A stretch of DNA of 32,000 nt from Horticoccus luteus (GTDB lineage Bacteria > Verrucomicrobiota > Verrucomicrobiia > Opitutales > Opitutaceae), in contig NZ_CP080507.1 in NCBI RefSeq assembly GCF_019464535.1, positions 900,001-932,000 on the forward strand, written 5' to 3'. How positions within the stretch are numbered: the first letter of the stretch is position 1; each line of letters starts with the position of its first letter. The notes beneath the pieces are model-generated. The model saw only the letters and a list, made by a program, of their open reading frames with translations, was not told the origin of the DNA and searched no databases. Positions 15,168 to 23,906 of this stretch are shown in pieces. Made by a program: the position numbers and the translations under genes.

Positions 15168-15712
15168 ACGAAGCGGTGAAACGCGTGGTGGTGTTTGGCA
15201 CGGAGTCGACGGGCAAGACGACCCTGGCGGCGCGGCTGGCGGCGCATTTTGGCGAACCGTGGGCGCCGGAGTATGTGCGGGAATTTTGGGACGCGCACGG
15301 CGGGGCGATCACGAGTGCGGATCTGGACGCGATCGCGCGCGGGCAGGTGGCGAACGAGGACGCGGCGGCGGCGCGGGCGCGGCGCGTGGTGGTGGGCGAC
15401 ACGGATTTGCTGACGTGCGTGTTGTGGGACGACTGGCTGTTTCCGGGGGCGTGTCCGCCGTGGGTGCGGGACGAGGCGGAGCGGCGGGCGCGGGCGACGG
15501 ATTTGTTTCTGTTGTGTGCGGCGGACGTGCCGTGGGTGCCGGATCCACAGCGGTGTTTTCCGGACGAGGTGGCGCGGCAGCAGGCGAGGGCGCGCTGGCA
15601 GGCGGCGTTGGTGAATCGCGGACTGCCGTGGGTGGAGATTCGCGGTGGCTGGGCCGAGCGCGAGCGGGCCGCGATCGCGGCGGTGGAGACGTTGCTGCAG
15701 CGAGATCGTTAA
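15164..15712 (+). CDS. AAA-family ATPase, NadR-type ribosylnicotinamide kinase domain only
   Basis: The C-terminal part of ORF 14588..15712. GTG 15164 overlaps the pnuC stop (GTGA). Walker A FGTESTGKTTLAARLA, then EYVREFW and DLDAIARGQ as in the NadR RNK domain. No HTH or NMN adenylyltransferase domain. Confidence 0.8.
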   Translation: MNEAVKRVVVFGTESTGKTTLAARLAAHFGEPWAPEYVREFWDAHGGAITSADLDAIARGQVANEDAAAARARRVVVGDTDLLTCVLWDDWLFPGACPPWVRDEAERRARATDLFLLCAADVPWVPDPQRCFPDEVARQQARARWQAALVNRGLPWVEIRGGWAERERAAIAAVETLLQRDR

Positions 15713-15738
15713 CCGCGCGGCCGAGGTGGCGGAGACGC

Positions 15739-18700
15739 TCAGAGGCGAACGGGGCGCGCGGAGCGGCGGCGGCGCCACAGAGTCAGGGAGAGAACCGTGG
15801 CGCCGAGGAGCGCGGCGTAGGTGGCGGGTTCGGGGACGGCGGTGACGGCGGTGAGTTGCAACGTGCTGCCGCTGAAACCGAGCGTGTAGGTGTAGCCGGG
15901 GACGGTGGTGCCGAAGGTGAAGTCGGTGAGGTCGAAATTGCTCAGCGTGGCGCCGGTGTAATCGAAGAGAGTGTAGGTGCTGGCGGCGAAACCGCCGGCG
16001 TCGGTGAGGTTGAGGATGACGGTGCCGGAAGTGGGTCCGGCGAGGGGGCCGCCGGAGACGACGAGGAGGTCGCTGGTGGCGCCGAGCTGGAAGTCGAGGA
16101 CGGAGCCGGCGTTGAGGGTGAGGCCGTCGGTGAACGTCAACGTGCCGGGGGAGTTGCCGGGCGCGAGATGGGCGCCGGTGGCGAAGACGGCGGGTCCGCC
16201 GATGAAGCCGGTGCCGCCGAGGGTGCCGCCGTCCAGCACCGTGACGCTGCCGGTGCCGGTGGCGGAGCCGGCGGTGTTGTTGGCGAGGAGGGTGCCTTGA
16301 CTGACGGTGGTGCCGCCGGTGTAGGTGTTCGCGCCGGAAAGGGTCTGGGTGCCGTCGCCGGACTTGGTGAGCGCGAAATGGGGATCGGCGCCGCCGAGGT
16401 TGCCGGAGAAGACTTGGGACTGGTCGGCGGCGACCGCGAGGGTGAGGGTGCTGGCGGTGGAGTTGAAGCTGTAAACGGTGCCAGCGCCGGAGAGGCCGGC
16501 GAAGGTTTGATTGCGACCGGAGAGGTCGAGTTTGGCGCCGTTGGCGACGGTGACGACGGTGGAGGCGGAGAGCGTGTTGTCGGCGGTGGTCGGGAGGACG
16601 AGGATGCCGGTGTTGATTTGCGTGGGGCCGGTGTAGGTCTGGGCCGCGGAGAAGCGAACGATGTTGCCGTTGTTGGTCAGGCCGCCGGTGCCGCTGATGC
16701 TGTGGCCGAAGGTGTAGTCGCCGCTGCGATTGAAGACGACGGTGCCGTGGTCGGTGATGTCGCCGGCGACGGAACCGGTGGCGCCGCCGTTGCCGAGCTG
16801 GAGCGTGCCATCGACGATGGTCGTGGTGCCGGTGATGGCGTTGTCGCTGGTGAGAACGAGCGTGCCGCCTTGAATGCTCAACTGTCCGGAGCCGCTGATG
16901 GCACCGAAGTCGGTGCCTTGGGTGGTGGTGTTGGAGCGGTAGAAGGCGAGGGTGCCGTTATTGGTGATGGCGCTGACGGGGTTGAGGGAGCCGTCGACGC
17001 CGCCCAGGCCGAGTTGGAGGGTGCCGCCGCTGATGGTGGTGGGGCCGGTATAGACGTTGGCGCCGATGAGCATCTGCAGGCCACCGCCGGTCTTGATGAG
17101 GCCGAAGTCCGGATCGGCACCGCCGAGATTGCCGGAAAAGACTTGGAGCTGGCCGGCCGCGAGATCGAGCGTGAGCGCGCTGGTGGTGGAGGTGAAGCTG
17201 TAGATCGTGCCGCCGCCGGAGAGGCCGGCGAAGGTCTGGTTGCGGCCGGAGAGATCGAGTTTAGCTCCGCTGTCGACGGTGACGACGGTGGAGGCGGAAA
17301 GCGCGTTGTCGAAGGTGGTGGGGAGGACGAGGATGCCGGCCGAAAGGCGGGTGGGGCCGGTGTAGGTCTGCGCGGCGGAGAAGCGGACGATATTGCCGGT
17401 GTTGGTCATGCCGCCGGTGCCGGAAATGACGTTGTCAAAATGATAGTCGTCGGAGCGGTTGAAGGTGAGAGTGCCGTGGTCGGTGATGTTGCCGATGACG
17501 GCGGCGCCAGGGTTGAGGATGAGCGTGCCGGCCGCGATCGTGGTGCCGCCGACATAGGTCTGGGCTTGGGTAAGGGTGAGGCTGCCAGAACCGGTTTTGG
17601 TGAGCGAGCCGGCGCCGGAGAGAACGCCGTCGTAGGTGGTGTTGACGTTGTTGTGGCCGAGGGAGAGGGCGACGGCGGCGGAGTTGGCGTTGACGAGGGC
17701 GAGGTTGGCCGAGCCGGTGAGGCCGCCGAGCGCGGCGCTGGTCAAGGTGCCGAAATCGAAGGTGCCGCCATTGCGGATGACGATGGAATTTTGGAGCGCG
17801 TCGCTGTGGGCGAGGGTGACATTGCCGGCCAGGAGGGTGGTGGTGCCGGAGAACGTGCTGGCGCCGGAAAGGGTGAGCGTGCCGGCACCGGACTTGGTGA
17901 GCGAGCCGGTGCCGGAGAGGGAACCCGCGTAGGTGCCCGCAGAGGCTTGGTCGAAGACGAGGGCGGCGTTGCTGACGATGTCGCCCTGCAGAGAAGTGGC
18001 ATCGCCAACGAGTGTGCCGACGGAGACGGTGGTGCCGCCGGAGTAGGTGTTGGCGCCGGAGAGTGTGAGGGTGCCGGAGCCGGTTTTGGTGAGCGAGCCG
18101 GTGCCGGAGAGGGCGCCGGAGTAGGTGCCGTCGACGTTGCTGCCGCCGATGGTGAGGGCGACGGCGGCGGCGGATTCGTTGATGAGGGAGAGCGGAGCCG
18201 TGCCGGTGAGGCCGCCGAGGTTGGCGCTGGTGAGGTGGCCGAAACCGAGGCTGCCGGCGCTGACGGTGACGGTGGAATATTGGAGGGCGTTGGCGTCGCC
18301 GAGAACGAGGCTGCCCGCGGCGACTGTGGTGTCGCCGGTGAAGGTGTTCGCGCCGGCGAGGGTGAGCGTGCCATCGCCGGACTTGGTGAGAGCGCCCGAG
18401 CCAGCGATGATGCCGCCGTAGGTGAGGCCGGTGCCGGCGGCGGTGTCGAAGGTGCCTCCCGAGGCGCCGAGGGCGATGCCGCGGTTGGCGTTGAGTTCAA
18501 AGGTGGCGGTGGTGGCGAGCGTGCCGCCGTCGAGGGTGAGGCTGCCGGGTGTGGCGGTGGCGGGCGGCTGGCCGAGCGCGGAATCGGCGGGGATGGACAG
18601 CGTGCCGGCGGAAACGGTGGTGCTGCCGGAGTAGGTGTTGGTGGCGGAGAGCGTGAGGTTGTCGGTGCCAGTTTTGGTGAGCGAGCCCGTGCCGGACAGA

Positions 18701-20154
18701 GTGCCGGCGTAGGTGCCGGGGGTGGTTTGGTTGAAGGTGAGGGCGGCGTTGTTGAGGATGTCGCCCTGAAGGGAAGTCGCATCGCCGAGCAGGGTGCCGG
18801 CGGAGATCGTGGTGCCGCCGGAATAGGTGTTGGCGGCGGAGAGCGTGAGGGAGCCGGTGCCGGTTTTGATCAGAGAGCCGGGTCCAGACAGGATGCCCGA
18901 ATAAGTGTTGGCGGCGTTGTTGGCGCCGATGGTGAGGGCGACGGCGTCGGCGGAATCGTTGGCGAGGGCGAGGGCGCCCGAGCCGGCGAGGCCGCCGATC
19001 GTGGCGTTGGTGAGGAGGCCGAAGGCGAGGCTGCCGCCGTTGAGGGCGACGGTGGAGTTTTGGAGAGTGGAACCAGTGCCGAGGACGAGGGTGCCGGCGG
19101 AGACGGTGGTGTTGCCCGTGTAGGTGTTGGCGCCGGAGAGGACGAGCGTGCCGGCGCCGCTCTTGGTGAGGTTGCCAAAGCCTTGGATAAGGCCGGCGAA
19201 AGCGAGGGTGGTATCGGTGGCGGTGTCGATGGCCGCGGAGGCGGTCAGGTAGATCGTGCGGTTGGCGTTGAGCGTGAAGCCGGCGGTGGTGGCGAGCGTG
19301 GCGTTGCCGAAGAGGAGGTGGATGCCCATTGGACTGAGGGGGACGGCACCCAAGGCGGAATCGGCGGCGATTTGCAGAGTGCCGCCATAGAGCGAGGTGC
19401 CACCGGAGTAGGTGTTGACGCCGGCGAGGATGAGAGTGCCCGTGCCGGATTTGGTCAGTGACATGGACCCGGAGAGGGCGCCGGAATAGGTGGAGCTGGC
19501 GTTGGTGAGGCTGTTGCCGATGGTGAGACTCCCGGCCAGCGCGAGATTGTCCGAGCCGGAAAGGCCGCCGAACTCGGCGCTGCCCACTCCGCTGAGGTCG
19601 AGGGTGCCGCCGCTCATGATCACGGTGGAGAGTTGCAGGTCGTAAGAGTGGCCCAGCTTCAGCGTGCCCTCGGCGAGGATGGTGTCCCCGGAGTAGCCTG
19701 GGGCTAAGGCCGGGGCGGAAGAGAAGGTGAGCGTGCCGGCTCCGGTCTTGGTGAATGAGCCGGTGCCAGAGACTTGGCCGTCAAGGGTGCCGTCGACAGC
19801 TTGATTGATGACCAGGGAGGACTGGTTGTCGATGAGGCCCGAGTTGGTGGTGGCGAGAGCGGCCGCGTCGGCGACGACGGTGCCGGCGGAGATTCTAAAC
19901 AGGCTGGCGAAAAGGTTGGTGCCGGTGAGGGTCAGGGTGCCGGCGCCCGTTTTGAGGAATGTGCCGTTGCCGGTGAGGTCGCCGGACTGGGTGGCGGTGG
20001 CGCCGCTGGCGATCGTGAGATTATACCCTTTGCCCGTGCTGTCGTAGGCGGTGGCGTTGTTGTCGCCGTCGTTGTAGGTGATCGTCTGCGCGGCGAGCGG
20101 CAGGGTGAGGAGAGTGACAAGGAACAGCAGGAACGCGTGGCGCGGGAGAAGCAT
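15739..20154 (-). CDS. Giant autotransporter-associated beta-strand repeat (PATR) protein with PEP-CTERM sorting signal
   Basis: 1471-aa ORF, ATG 20154. Signal peptide MLLPRHAFLLFLVTLLTLPLAAQT. Dozens of LTK(S/T)G.GTLTLSG.NTY(S/T)GGTT(V/I)S.GTL repeats. C-terminus VPEPATYAALLGATVLSLTLWRRRRS. Confidence 0.9.
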   Translation of the reverse strand: MLLPRHAFLLFLVTLLTLPLAAQTITYNDGDNNATAYDSTGKGYNLTIASGATATQSGDLTGNGTFLKTGAGTLTLTGTNLFASLFRISAGTVVADAAALATTNSGLIDNQSSLVINQAVDGTLDGQVSGTGSFTKTGAGTLTFSSAPALAPGYSGDTILAEGTLKLGHSYDLQLSTVIMSGGTLDLSGVGSAEFGGLSGSDNLALAGSLTIGNSLTNASSTYSGALSGSMSLTKSGTGTLILAGVNTYSGGTSLYGGTLQIAADSALGAVPLSPMGIHLLFGNATLATTAGFTLNANRTIYLTASAAIDTATDTTLAFAGLIQGFGNLTKSGAGTLVLSGANTYTGNTTVSAGTLVLGTGSTLQNSTVALNGGSLAFGLLTNATIGGLAGSGALALANDSADAVALTIGANNAANTYSGILSGPGSLIKTGTGSLTLSAANTYSGGTTISAGTLLGDATSLQGDILNNAALTFNQTTPGTYAGTLSGTGSLTKTGTDNLTLSATNTYSGSTTVSAGTLSIPADSALGQPPATATPGSLTLDGGTLATTATFELNANRGIALGASGGTFDTAAGTGLTYGGIIAGSGALTKSGDGTLTLAGANTFTGDTTVAAGSLVLGDANALQYSTVTVSAGSLGFGHLTSANLGGLTGTAPLSLINESAAAVALTIGGSNVDGTYSGALSGTGSLTKTGSGTLTLSGANTYSGGTTVSVGTLVGDATSLQGDIVSNAALVFDQASAGTYAGSLSGTGSLTKSGAGTLTLSGASTFSGTTTLLAGNVTLAHSDALQNSIVIRNGGTFDFGTLTSAALGGLTGSANLALVNANSAAVALSLGHNNVNTTYDGVLSGAGSLTKTGSGSLTLTQAQTYVGGTTIAAGTLILNPGAAVIGNITDHGTLTFNRSDDYHFDNVISGTGGMTNTGNIVRFSAAQTYTGPTRLSAGILVLPTTFDNALSASTVVTVDSGAKLDLSGRNQTFAGLSGGGTIYSFTSTTSALTLDLAAGQLQVFSGNLGGADPDFGLIKTGGGLQMLIGANVYTGPTTISGGTLQLGLGGVDGSLNPVSAITNNGTLAFYRSNTTTQGTDFGAISGSGQLSIQGGTLVLTSDNAITGTTTIVDGTLQLGNGGATGSVAGDITDHGTVVFNRSGDYTFGHSISGTGGLTNNGNIVRFSAAQTYTGPTQINTGILVLPTTADNTLSASTVVTVANGAKLDLSGRNQTFAGLSGAGTVYSFNSTASTLTLAVAADQSQVFSGNLGGADPHFALTKSGDGTQTLSGANTYTGGTTVSQGTLLANNTAGSATGTGSVTVLDGGTLGGTGFIGGPAVFATGAHLAPGNSPGTLTFTDGLTLNAGSVLDFQLGATSDLLVVSGGPLAGPTSGTVILNLTDAGGFAASTYTLFDYTGATLSNFDLTDFTFGTTVPGYTYTLGFSGSTLQLTAVTAVPEPATYAALLGATVLSLTLWRRRRSARPVRL
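16382..16764. repeat. Intragenic duplicated block, copy 1 (partner 17111..17493, offset 729 nt)
   Basis: Aligned by eye, most positions are identical. The block encodes NRSGDYTFGHSISGTGGLTNNGNIVRFSAAQTYTGPT...LGGADPHF. Confidence 0.75.
17111..17493. repeat. Intragenic duplicated block, copy 2 (partner 16382..16764)
   Basis: Encodes NRSDDYHFDNVISGTGGMTNTGNIVRFSAAQTYTGPT...LGGADPDF. The in-frame offset is 243 codons. Confidence 0.75.
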
Positions 20155-20228
20155 GGCGGGAATGGAAGCGAACAGGGGAAGAGCGGGTTGAACCAGACGC
20201 CGCGAAAATAACAGGATCTGCGGCGGCG

Positions 20229-20255
20229 GAATATCCCCACACGTGGGGTATATTC
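20229..20255 (-). promoter_or_regulatory. Conserved palindromic motif (candidate operator/promoter element), copy 2, upstream of PATR gene 15739..20154
   Basis: Plus strand gaatatCCCCACACGTGGGGtatattc. On the coding strand it is followed by TATTC, 18 nt, TATTTT (20210..20205), about 50 nt, then ATG 20154. A second CACGTGG lies at 20255..20261. Confidence 0.4.
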
Positions 20256-20371
20256 ACGTGGACGAAGCGGCGGCCGGAGCGGCAGCGGGATGTTGGCTGG
20301 GGAGGAAGAAAAATCCGGCGGGAGCGGGACGCGGGTTGCATGAAGACGCGGAGGTGCAAGAGTCAGGAGCG

Positions 20372-21688
20372 ATGCAGAGTTTGATCACAACGTTGAGCGA
20401 CTGGCTGGTGGCGCGCGGGTTCGACCCGGGGGACGCGGGTCTCGTGTCCACGACGGTCGGCCTCCTGGTGCTCGTCGCGCTGGCGTGGGCGGGCAATTTC
20501 ATCGCGAAGCGGGTGATCCTGGCGGCGGTGACGCGGATCGTGAAGCGGACGACGTTTCAATGGGACGACGTCTTGTTGGAGGCGGGGGTGTTTGCGCGGT
20601 TGTCGCACGTGGCGCCGGCGATGGTGATCAATGCGTATGGCGACGATGTCTTTGGCCACAGTCCCGCGGTGCTCGCGGGGGTGAACGCGGCGGTGAACGT
20701 CTATCTGACGTTCATTTTGTTGTCGGTGCTTTTTGCGATTCTGGACGCGATCCAGATCATGGCTGAAAAGCGGCGGGCGGCGGAAAAGACGCCGATCAAA
20801 GGGTTTTTCCAGGCGATCAAACTGATCGGCGCGCTGCTGGGACTGATCTTCGTGCTGGCCACGGTGCTGAACAAATCGCCGGTGTATTTGTTGTCGGGAC
20901 TGGGGGCGTTGACGGCGGTGCTGCTGCTGGTGTTTCGCGATGCGATTCTGGGATTCGTCGCGGGAATCATGCTTTCGGTGAACGACATGGTGCGCGTGGG
21001 CGACTGGATCGAGATGCCGAAGGCGGGCGCGGATGGCTATGTGATCGATGTCTCGTTGACGACGGTGAAGGTGCAGAACTGGGACAAAACGATCACGACG
21101 ATCCCGACGTATTCGTTGATTTCGGAATCGTTTAAGAACTGGCGGGGCATGTTCGAATCGGGCGGGCGGCGGATCAAGCGGGCGCTGTATCTGGATGTGC
21201 AGACGATTCGTTTTGCGGATGAGAAACTGATCGAGCGCTGGCGCGGGATCGACCTGCTGAAGGAATATCTCGGGCACAAACGCGAGGAGATCATGAAATC
21301 AAACGTGGAGCGCGGGACCGATCTCACAATTCTGGGCAATGGGCGGCGGATCACGAACGTGGGCACGTTTCGCGCCTACTGTGTGGCTTACTTGAAAGCG
21401 CATCCGCAGATTCACCAGGACATGACGTTTCTGGTGCGGCAACTGGCGCCGACGGAGCACGGGCTGCCGCTGGAGATTTACGTGTTCACGACGGACAACC
21501 GCTGGGCTTATCACGAGGCGATCCAGGCGGATATTTTCGATCACTTGTTTTCGGTGGTGGGCGAGTTTGACCTGCGGATTTTCCAGGCCCCATCGGGGTG
21601 GAATTTTACGACGGCGCTGGCGCGGCCGAAAGGAGACGCGCCCGAGCGGGGCGAAGACGCGGAGGCGATGTTGCGGGCGAACCGATGA
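20372..21688 (+). CDS. ybdG: Mechanosensitive ion channel, MscS family (YbdG/MscM-like)
   Basis: ORF 20243..21688. ATG 20372 is preceded by AGGAG (20365..20369). Long collinear similarity to E. coli YbdG: PIKGFFQAIKLIGALLG, LGALTAVLLLVFRD.ILG, NDMVRVGDWIEMPK.GADG.VIDV.LTTVKVQNWD.TITTIP, FKNW.GM..SGGRRIKR, NVGTFRAY, MTFLVRQLAP...GLPLEIYVFT, IQADIFDH. Confidence 0.9.
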   Translation: MQSLITTLSDWLVARGFDPGDAGLVSTTVGLLVLVALAWAGNFIAKRVILAAVTRIVKRTTFQWDDVLLEAGVFARLSHVAPAMVINAYGDDVFGHSPAVLAGVNAAVNVYLTFILLSVLFAILDAIQIMAEKRRAAEKTPIKGFFQAIKLIGALLGLIFVLATVLNKSPVYLLSGLGALTAVLLLVFRDAILGFVAGIMLSVNDMVRVGDWIEMPKAGADGYVIDVSLTTVKVQNWDKTITTIPTYSLISESFKNWRGMFESGGRRIKRALYLDVQTIRFADEKLIERWRGIDLLKEYLGHKREEIMKSNVERGTDLTILGNGRRITNVGTFRAYCVAYLKAHPQIHQDMTFLVRQLAPTEHGLPLEIYVFTTDNRWAYHEAIQADIFDHLFSVVGEFDLRIFQAPSGWNFTTALARPKGDAPERGEDAEAMLRANR

Positions 21689-22458
21689 GCGGAGATTTTG
21701 AAGACCGGTTCGGCGGGTTGGGTCGGCTGTTGGGGCGCGAAGGTCTGGCGCGACTGGCGGCGGCGCACGTGTGTGTGGTGGGGGTGGGCGGCGTGGGGTC
21801 GTGGACGGTGGAAGGGTTGGCGCGGAGCGGCGTGGGGGCGTTGACGCTGGTGGATCTCGACGATGTGTGCGTGACGAACATCAACCGGCAGTTGCCCGCG
21901 CTCGACGGCAACATCGGGCGGCCGAAAGTGGAGGTGCTGGCGGAGCGGGTGGCGTTGATCAATCCGGCGTGTCGCGTGGAGGCGCGGACGGAGTTTTTCA
22001 CCGCGGCGACGGCGGAGGTGTTACTGGCGCCGGCGTTCGATGTGGTGGTCGACGCGATTGATTTGATGAGCAACAAGGCGCGGCTGATCGGCTCATGCGT
22101 AGAGCGGCGGCGCGCCTGCGTGACGGTGGGCGGCGCGGGCGGAAAGCGCGATGCGACGCAGGTGCGCACGGGGGACTTGGGCGAGGCGGTGGGCGACGAT
22201 TTGCTGCGGCTGGTGCGGAAAAAGTTGCGGCGCGATTACGGGTTCGCGGCGGGCGAGGACGTGCGGTTCGGCGTGCGGTGCGTTTACTCGGCGGAGAAGC
22301 CGGTGTTTCCGTGGAGCGATGGCACGTGCCAGAGCACGCGGGAGCCGGAGAGCGAGTTGAAGCTGGATTGCGCGAATGGCTACGGCACGGCGGTGTTTGT
22401 GACGGGGGCGTTTGGGCTCGCGGCGGCGCAGGAAGCGGTGCGGTTGATCGTGGGCTGA
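21685..22458 (+). CDS. tcdA: tRNA threonylcarbamoyladenosine dehydratase (ThiF/E1-like, TcdA/CsdL)
   Basis: The C-terminal part of ORF 21598..22458. ATG 21685 overlaps the ybdG stop (ATGA). RFGG..RL.G..GL..L....V.VVGVGGVGSW..E.LARSGVG.LTLVD.D.VCVTN.NRQ matches the TcdA N-terminus. Confidence 0.9.
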   Translation: MSGDFEDRFGGLGRLLGREGLARLAAAHVCVVGVGGVGSWTVEGLARSGVGALTLVDLDDVCVTNINRQLPALDGNIGRPKVEVLAERVALINPACRVEARTEFFTAATAEVLLAPAFDVVVDAIDLMSNKARLIGSCVERRRACVTVGGAGGKRDATQVRTGDLGEAVGDDLLRLVRKKLRRDYGFAAGEDVRFGVRCVYSAEKPVFPWSDGTCQSTREPESELKLDCANGYGTAVFVTGAFGLAAAQEAVRLIVG

Positions 22459-22536
22459 GGGGTGCACACTCGGAGGCCGGGAGGGCGTTGAGGCGCCTCG
22501 ATGAGAATGGCGCATCCGCGGTGATGCAGCGGCGGA

Positions 22537-23427
22537 TCAGCTTTTCGGTCGCGGGGGTGGCGAGGTGAAGAAGCGGTGGAAATTGGCTTCGATTTGCTCG
22601 GCGAGGGCGGGGAGCGAGGTGTCGCGGAGGGCGGCGAGGCCGGCGTAGGCGGCGGCGAGATTGGCGGGGTGGTTCACGCGTTGACCGTCGGCGGTGTCGG
22701 GGAGCACGTGGGTCTGAAGCGGAGGCGGAAGCGGCATCGCGGGCGCATCGGTTTCGACGAGGAGGCGGTCGGCGGGGAGCGCGGCGAAGACGGCGCGTTT
22801 TTTCGCGGCGCGGTCGGCGAGGAAGCTCCCGTTGAAGGAAAAATAAGCACCGAGGGCGGCGAGTTCGCGGGCGAGCTCAAGCGAACCGTTGTAGGCGTGA
22901 AGAAGAAAACCGCGGGCGGGGCGGCGGAGGCGGAGTTCGGCGGCGAGTGGACCCCAGGCGTCGAGGCAATGAAGGGTGGCGGGAAGATTGCGGGCGGTGG
23001 CGAGATCGAGTTGCCAGCGGAAGGCGGCGAGTTGTTCGTCGAGCGGCGCGCGACGGAGGCCGGCGAGGCGCGGATCGTCGAGGCGCGCGCGGTGAAGGAT
23101 CCACGCGTCGAGGCCGATTTCGCCGAGGGCGGGTGGAGGCGATGGCGCGGACGGAGGCGCGTCGAGGTGGGCCAGAAGTTGGTCGCGCCACGTGGGGCTG
23201 GCGTTGCCCACTTGCCACGGGTGGAGGCCGTAAGAGGGAAGAATCCACGCGTGCGTGCGGGCGAGGGCGGCGACGGCGGGCCAATCGGTTTCGCAGGTGC
23301 CGTTGACGACGGCGCGGCGGAGCGGGAGGGCGGCGAGGCCGGCGAAGATGCGGTCGCGGTGGGGCGCGAGCCAGGGGTCTTGCAGGTGATTATGCGCGTC
23401 GGAGAGCGGCGGCAGCTCAGGAGGCAT
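22537..23427 (-). CDS. TatD-family metal-dependent hydrolase
   Basis: The C-terminal 296 aa of ORF 22537..23805, ATG 23427. LSDAHNHLQ (HxH), GLHPW, LGEIGLD, LHCL.AW, LLHAYNGS, LLVETDAP. Confidence 0.85.
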   Translation of the reverse strand: MPPELPPLSDAHNHLQDPWLAPHRDRIFAGLAALPLRRAVVNGTCETDWPAVAALARTHAWILPSYGLHPWQVGNASPTWRDQLLAHLDAPPSAPSPPPALGEIGLDAWILHRARLDDPRLAGLRRAPLDEQLAAFRWQLDLATARNLPATLHCLDAWGPLAAELRLRRPARGFLLHAYNGSLELARELAALGAYFSFNGSFLADRAAKKRAVFAALPADRLLVETDAPAMPLPPPLQTHVLPDTADGQRVNHPANLAAAYAGLAALRDTSLPALAEQIEANFHRFFTSPPPRPKS

Positions 23428-23845
23428 GGGCGGCGGCGAGGTGGGCGCGGGCGAAGGTGCGGATGTGGGCAACGACGTTGGCGAGACCGTGGCGGCGGGT
23501 CGGGGAGAGGTGGCGGGTGAGGCCGAGTTCGTCGAGGAGGGCGACGTCGAAGTCGACGATGTCGGCGGGGGTGGCGCCGGAGAAGAGTTCGCAGAGCAAC
23601 GTGACGAGGCCGCGCACGACGGGCGATTCGGCGTCGGCGTGGAAGCGGCAACGTTCGCCAGTGAACTCGGCGACGACCCAGACGGGCGATTGGCAACCGG
23701 CGATGCGCGTGGCGGCGGTGCGTTGGGTGGCAGGCAAGGAAGGGGCGCGGCGGGCGCGATCGACGATGGCGGCGAGGCGTTCCTGAGGATCGTCGAACAC
23801 GCCATAGCGCTCGATGAACTGAAGTTCCTTTTCGGCGAGAGTCAC
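23417..23845 (-). CDS. sufE: SufE/CsdE-family sulfur acceptor protein
   Basis: 142-aa ORF, GTG 23845. IAGCQSPVWV active-site Cys loop and ...RGLV.LL...F.G..P..I. The stop overlaps the tatD-family start by 11 nt. Confidence 0.85.
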   Translation of the reverse strand: MTLAEKELQFIERYGVFDDPQERLAAIVDRARRAPSLPATQRTAATRIAGCQSPVWVVAEFTGERCRFHADAESPVVRGLVTLLCELFSGATPADIVDFDVALLDELGLTRHLSPTRRHGLANVVAHIRTFARAHLAAAHAS

Positions 23846-23906
23846 GCGGGGAAGATGCAGGGGAAAGCGGCGGATTTCAACGTCCGGCGGAGGAGGCGCG
23901 GCCGCG

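Noticed and set aside
15259-19461. 1400-aa plus-strand ORF, the longest plus-strand ORF in the window.
   Set aside because: It lies entirely antisense to the PATR gene 15739..20154. Its product is a G/A/E/R low-complexity string with no motifs. It is a mirror-frame artefact of GC-rich repetitive codons, whereas the minus-strand frame has a signal peptide, PATR repeats and a PEP-CTERM tail.
20417-20427. The tRNA T-arm-like string GGGTTCGACCC.
   Set aside because: It lies inside the ybdG coding sequence and no surrounding cloverleaf (acceptor or anticodon stems) can be drawn.
23428-23805. N-terminal extension of the tatD-family ORF (22537..23805).
   Set aside because: It is S/P/A-rich low complexity and overlaps sufE (23417..23845) out of frame. 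ATG 23427 immediately precedes the conserved DAHNHL motif.
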